Source of the DNA: a virus
Lineage: Duplodnaviria; Caudoviricetes
IMG/VR virus record: IMGVR_UViG_3300031569_000004
Span: 1-60,900 of that record
Strand: one strand, 5' to 3'
DNA: 60,900 nt
The position numbers were made by a program, and so were the translations under genes. The first letter of the stretch is position 1, and each line of letters starts with the position of its first letter. The notes below the pieces were generated by a model. It searched no databases. It was not told the origin of the DNA and was given only the letters and a program-made list of their open reading frames with translations. Below are positions 56,766 through 60,900 of the stretch, in pieces.

Positions 56766-58206
56766 ACTTATTATCAAAGACGAGGTGAACATTAAAGTAG
56801 ATGGTCTTGCCATTGAGACACGAAGAAAGATTGCTAACAAGTTAAAATATGACTTGCCGTATGCTAGGCACATGCCTGCATATAAGTTAGGCCGCTGGGA
56901 CGGTACTATGACTTTCTTTGGAATTGGCGGAACAGGGTTCCTTGCACACTTAGATATTATTATTCCTACTATTACCGGTGACGGATATGAAATTGAAGTA
57001 ATAGATCATCGTACTGCTCCAGAGTTAACGTTTACACCTATTACAGAAAACTATTGGGCCGATCAAGGAAAAGTATGGCCTAAAGGACATCAGTTAGAAG
57101 GACAGCCTATTGTACTTAGAGATTATCAATATGATGTTGTTAACCAGTTCTTAGAAAATCCACAAAGTTTACAAGAAGTAGCAACCGGAGCAGGTAAAAC
57201 TATTACTACTGCTACACTGAGTCACTTGTGCGAACCTTATGGACGTAGTATTGTAATTGTTCCTAACAAAAGTCTTGTTGTGCAAACAGAAGAAGATTAT
57301 CTTAATTTAGGACTTGATGTAGGTGTATACTTTGGTGATAGAAAAGAGCTAGGAAAGACACACACTATCTGTACATGGCAAAGTCTTAATGTATTAGATA
57401 AAAAAGGCAAATACAATGACGCACTAACATTAGCAGAATTCTTAGAAGGCGTTAATACAATTATTATTGACGAAGTGCATCAAGCAAAAGCAGATGTTCT
57501 TAAAAAACTGCTTACAGTAAATTTAAAAAATGCTCCAATTCGTTGGGGACTAACTGGAACTGTACCTAAAGAACCTTGGGAATTTCAAGGCATACTTGCA
57601 GGCATTGGTCCAGTAATTAACAATGTTTCGGCACACGATTTACAAGAGAAAGGTGTACTTGCAAAGTTAGATATACAAATTTTACAAACAAAAAATATTG
57701 AGGAATTTAGAAACTATCAAGAAGAATATACTTGGTTGGTAACAGATCCTAATAGAATATCTTGGATATCTTCTAAAGTGAAAGAATTTTCACTAACTGG
57801 TAATACATTAGTATTAGTAAACAGAATTGATACAGGTAAAAAAATTATAGAACATATACCTGAAGCAGTTTTTGTTGCTGGCGAAATGAAATTAGCTGAT
57901 AGGAAAGATGAGTATGATGAAATTAAAACAAGTGATGGCAAAATTATCATTGCTACCTATGGCGTGGCTGCTGTCGGGATTAATATCCCTCGCATATTTA
58001 ATCTGGTGCTTATTGAACCTGGCAAAAGTTTTGTTAGGGTAATTCAAAGTATTGGACGTGGGGTACGTATTGCTGAAGACAAGGACTTTGTACAAATATG
58101 GGATATTACATCAACGTGTAAATATGCAAAACGCCATTTAACTGAACGCAAGAAGTTTTATAGAGATGCAAAATATCCGTTTCATATTACAAAGGTAGAT
58201 CAATAA
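56755..58206 (+). CDS. uvsW: SF2 DNA helicase UvsW-like
   Basis: LRDYQ, ATGAGKT, DEVH, GLTGT, GINIP, QSIGRG.R; TTG start with GAGG RBS. Confidence 0.9.
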   Translation: MNCKLIIKDEVNIKVDGLAIETRRKIANKLKYDLPYARHMPAYKLGRWDGTMTFFGIGGTGFLAHLDIIIPTITGDGYEIEVIDHRTAPELTFTPITENYWADQGKVWPKGHQLEGQPIVLRDYQYDVVNQFLENPQSLQEVATGAGKTITTATLSHLCEPYGRSIVIVPNKSLVVQTEEDYLNLGLDVGVYFGDRKELGKTHTICTWQSLNVLDKKGKYNDALTLAEFLEGVNTIIIDEVHQAKADVLKKLLTVNLKNAPIRWGLTGTVPKEPWEFQGILAGIGPVINNVSAHDLQEKGVLAKLDIQILQTKNIEEFRNYQEEYTWLVTDPNRISWISSKVKEFSLTGNTLVLVNRIDTGKKIIEHIPEAVFVAGEMKLADRKDEYDEIKTSDGKIIIATYGVAAVGINIPRIFNLVLIEPGKSFVRVIQSIGRGVRIAEDKDFVQIWDITSTCKYAKRHLTERKKFYRDAKYPFHITKVDQ

Positions 58207-58221
58207 GAAGATAAAAAATAC

Positions 58222-58250
58222 TTGACTTAGATGGATTAATCTGTTATAAT
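58222..58250 (+). promoter_or_regulatory. sigma70 promoter
   Basis: TTGACT-17 bp-TATAAT with TGn extended -10. Confidence 0.8.
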
Positions 58251-58318
58251 ACAGTATAAAGTATCTAGTAAAAAACTATAAAAGTGATACAGTTGCGTAT
58301 TACTATAACGGAGAATAA

Positions 58319-58828
58319 ATGAGTAGAATATTAACATTGGAAAACAAGGCGTTTAATCTAAACGAACTGCCGGACGAAGTCGAAGAAGATGCAAGATTTA
58401 GTGTACTAGATAATTCGGATGCAAGTTATCCTGATTTCTACTTTATGCCTTTGATATTTCTTGAGTCTTTTAACAGCCCAGCTATCTTAATGAATATTGG
58501 TGGATATGAAATACAGATGCCACTAGATTGGTGTATGCTTGTTGGAGATAGTGACTGCGGAACAGACCCTGAGGTATTGCCGTTAACTTCAATTAATGAA
58601 CGTGGATTTGAAGCATTTGTTATAAACCCTATTAAAGGTTACAGATCAGAATTTGCAGCAGTAGAGATTATTAACATCTATCAAGATGTTCGTTGGTACT
58701 TTCCTAAGATGAAAAATGGACAACTGCTAAGTGTGCCATTACATGATGGGCATAATCCATTGTGTGCATATTTTGTTAAAGAAATTAGCAGGCAGTCAGA
58801 ACAGGTCGAATTGGCTAACCTACTCTGA
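58319..58828 (+). CDS. Hypothetical protein
   Basis: GGAG RBS; PLIFLESF..MPLDW..WYFPK. Confidence 0.7.
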   Translation: MSRILTLENKAFNLNELPDEVEEDARFSVLDNSDASYPDFYFMPLIFLESFNSPAILMNIGGYEIQMPLDWCMLVGDSDCGTDPEVLPLTSINERGFEAFVINPIKGYRSEFAAVEIINIYQDVRWYFPKMKNGQLLSVPLHDGHNPLCAYFVKEISRQSEQVELANLL

Positions 58829-58868
58829 TAATTAAGTTAGTACATTATAAAATGTTTTTAGGAGAATT

Positions 58869-59228
58869 ATGATGAGCATAAAAGCAGGTAAAATTTGGGG
58901 TTCTACAGAATTAATTCACGCTAATGGCGTACTTGAGTTCCACCGAATTGAATATAAAGCTGGATTTAAATGCAGCGAACACGAACATGAATTTAAATGG
59001 AATGGCTTCTTTGTAGAGTCAGGAAAGATGATTGTACGTGTATGGCAAGAAGATCAAGAAGGATTAGTAGATGAAACTATTCTTGAAGCAGGAGACTTTA
59101 CACAAGTTAAGCCTGGTAAGATACATCAGTTTGAAGGTGTAGAAGATGGTGTTGCATTTGAGTTGTATTGGGCAGAGTTCAATCACAATGATATTAAACG
59201 TAGGTCTGTAGGTTCTTCTGTAAAATGA
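58869..59228 (+). CDS. Cupin-domain protein
   Basis: CSEHEH..F.VESG..L.AGD..VKPG.IHQF. Confidence 0.8.
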   Translation: MMSIKAGKIWGSTELIHANGVLEFHRIEYKAGFKCSEHEHEFKWNGFFVESGKMIVRVWQEDQEGLVDETILEAGDFTQVKPGKIHQFEGVEDGVAFELYWAEFNHNDIKRRSVGSSVK

Positions 59229-59974
59229 AATTAGGTGTTGTATCGACATTTAGCGATAAAGGTTATCATGAATACGGTAAGCATTTCGTAGAGAGCTGTA
59301 GACGATTTCTTGATCCTAATATAACAGTTTACATTTATGTAGATAATATTGTAATTGAAAACCCGCCAGCAAATTTTGTTATTAGAAAATTAGAACCTTC
59401 AGTACCAGAGCTTACAGAATTTAAAAAACGTAATGCTCATAGAGTACCGGGTAAATTTATATATGACGGTGTAAGATTTAGTCACAAAAGTTATTGTATA
59501 TGGCATTGTGCAAACAACGCTGATGTTGATACGTTATGTTGGATTGACAGCGATGCTGAAATATTCAACCGTATTACTAAAGAATATCTTAAATCATTTT
59601 TGCCAGACGGATTATTTGTAAGTTATTTAGGAAGACCGCATTATACAGAAACAGGGTTCCTTGCGTTTGATTTAACGCACAAGCACTCTAAAGAATTTTT
59701 TGATGTGTGGAAAGAGTATTATACAAACGATACCATCTACGACCTAGCAGGACAATTAGATTGTCATGCGTTTGACGCTGCAAGAGAAAGACTTGAACAA
59801 GAAGGAAAGATACACAATTTTGATATTGCTGGTGTACGTTTCCCAGGGTTAGGTAAAAATCATTTTAATGCAGCACTTGAAAATCACATTATACACTACA
59901 AAGGTGATCGCAAATTAAAGAGAGACGAGCAATTAGCTCGTGCATTGAAACGAATGAACAAAGGTAAAAACTAA
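59225..59974 (+). CDS. GT-A glycosyltransferase-like protein (paralogue of 53862-54674)
   Basis: RFSHKSY, WIDSD, ETGF, DCHAFD, HYKG. Confidence 0.75.
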   Translation: MKLGVVSTFSDKGYHEYGKHFVESCRRFLDPNITVYIYVDNIVIENPPANFVIRKLEPSVPELTEFKKRNAHRVPGKFIYDGVRFSHKSYCIWHCANNADVDTLCWIDSDAEIFNRITKEYLKSFLPDGLFVSYLGRPHYTETGFLAFDLTHKHSKEFFDVWKEYYTNDTIYDLAGQLDCHAFDAARERLEQEGKIHNFDIAGVRFPGLGKNHFNAALENHIIHYKGDRKLKRDEQLARALKRMNKGKN

Positions 59975-59975
59975 G

Positions 59976-60191
59976 ATGAGTGTTAAAGGAATCAACGGAC
60001 TGAAGCATAAAAAAGAAGCAGAATTTATTCTTCAGATAACTCGTACAGCAACAATTAGAGAAGAAAAAACTTTTGTTGTTGATATGTACGAAGGTAAAGA
60101 TTTAATTGAAAGTCGTAAGTTGCCCGGATATAGTAAAGCGTATGCAGAAAGCTGTGCTGAGAACTGGGAAAATGGTGTTATTGAAAAATGA
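59976..60191 (+). CDS. Hypothetical protein
   Basis: Packed ORF; YAESCAENW. Confidence 0.5.
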   Translation: MSVKGINGLKHKKEAEFILQITRTATIREEKTFVVDMYEGKDLIESRKLPGYSKAYAESCAENWENGVIEK

Positions 60192-60900
60192 AAGTAGTAC
60201 TAACAGGTCATAAAGGGTTTATTGGTAGTCACTATCATGATTACATTAAAGGTTCCAATGACGTTACTACATACGATTTAGCATCAGGACAAGACTTGTG
60301 TAATTTAGAGATAGTTTCTCAAACACCAGATGCTGATGTTGTAGTGCATATGGCTGCAACAAACGGAACTAGATTATTCTACGAAACGCCTACAGAAGTT
60401 GCATTTAATAATACAATTCCTACATTTAACTTAATCCAACGCTACATTAACACCAACGCAAAGTTTGTGTTTACTAGCACATGCGAAATTTTTAATGGAG
60501 CAATTGACAACGGTTATTACGATGTTCCAACAGACGAAAATGTTCCAGTAATGTTTAACGACATTATAAATCCACGCTGGAGTTATAGTATTCCTAAAGC
60601 ACTAGGTGAAAACTTAGTAGCTAACTCAGGACTTAAATGGTTAGTCATACGTTACTTTAATATATATGGTCCGCGACAAAAGGATCATTTTATTAGTGAA
60701 TTTGTAGAACGTGTAGCAAAAGGCGAGTATTATATCAAAGGTGACGACACTCGTAGTTTTTGTTATATAGACGATGCTGTTAAGTTAACACACGAACTTA
60801 TTGAAAACCACGACAATCAGATTATCAACGTTGGTAGACAAGAAGAAAATAGTATCAGTGATGTAGCTAGAATTATTATGGACATTATGGGAGTTGACCC
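60188..60900 (+). CDS. NAD-dependent sugar epimerase/dehydratase, 3'-truncated, not in ORF track
   Basis: MKVVLTGHKGFIGS, VHMAA, FTST, YSIPK (YxxxK), RYFNIYGP, RSFCYIDD. Confidence 0.9.
   Translation, partial: MKVVLTGHKGFIGSHYHDYIKGSNDVTTYDLASGQDLCNLEIVSQTPDADVVVHMAATNGTRLFYETPTEVAFNNTIPTFNLIQRYINTNAKFVFTSTCEIFNGAIDNGYYDVPTDENVPVMFNDIINPRWSYSIPKALGENLVANSGLKWLVIRYFNIYGPRQKDHFISEFVERVAKGEYYIKGDDTRSFCYIDDAVKLTHELIENHDNQIINVGRQEENSISDVARIIMDIMGVD

Noticed and set aside
1-60900. tRNA, rRNA, integrase, transposase or alternative genetic code
   Set aside because: No cloverleaf or mobile-element motifs noticed by eye; genes are full length in the standard code and end in TAA, TAG and TGA

Overview
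60.9 kb fragment of an AT-rich, T4-related (probably large aquatic) myovirus genome; no bacterial housekeeping genes, tRNAs or CRISPR arrays were seen. Left to right: (1) tail-fibre/structural genes ending in three tandem Gly/His-rich paralogues; (2) a ~15 kb island of two convergent operons with 4 flavin-dependent halogenase-family genes and 12 2OG-Fe(II)/JmjC-fold oxygenase genes (one degenerate); (3) more fibre proteins and an S8 protease with a large insertion; (4) neck/tail/packaging core (gp15, gp14, gp13, dNMP kinase, gp18, gp19, gp4, gp17) in a non-T4 order; (5) a ~600 bp micro-island missed by the ORF track, with a histone-like KKATA protein, a glnA-type glutamine riboswitch leading a 34-aa basic peptide, and a stand-alone PqqA precursor peptide ([23 protein letters not shown]); (6) gp32, uvsX, uvsY; (7) a late-promoter glycosyltransferase cluster, uvsW and further sugar-modifying genes. 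A T4-late-like TAAATA/TAAGTA box sits exactly 5 nt before the ATG of ten genes, implying leaderless late mRNAs. Best candidates for new biology: a late-expressed halogenation/hydroxylation system that may modify His-rich fibre tips, and the riboswitch+pqqA host-metabolism cassette. Family assignments are from motif recognition only; no searches were run.
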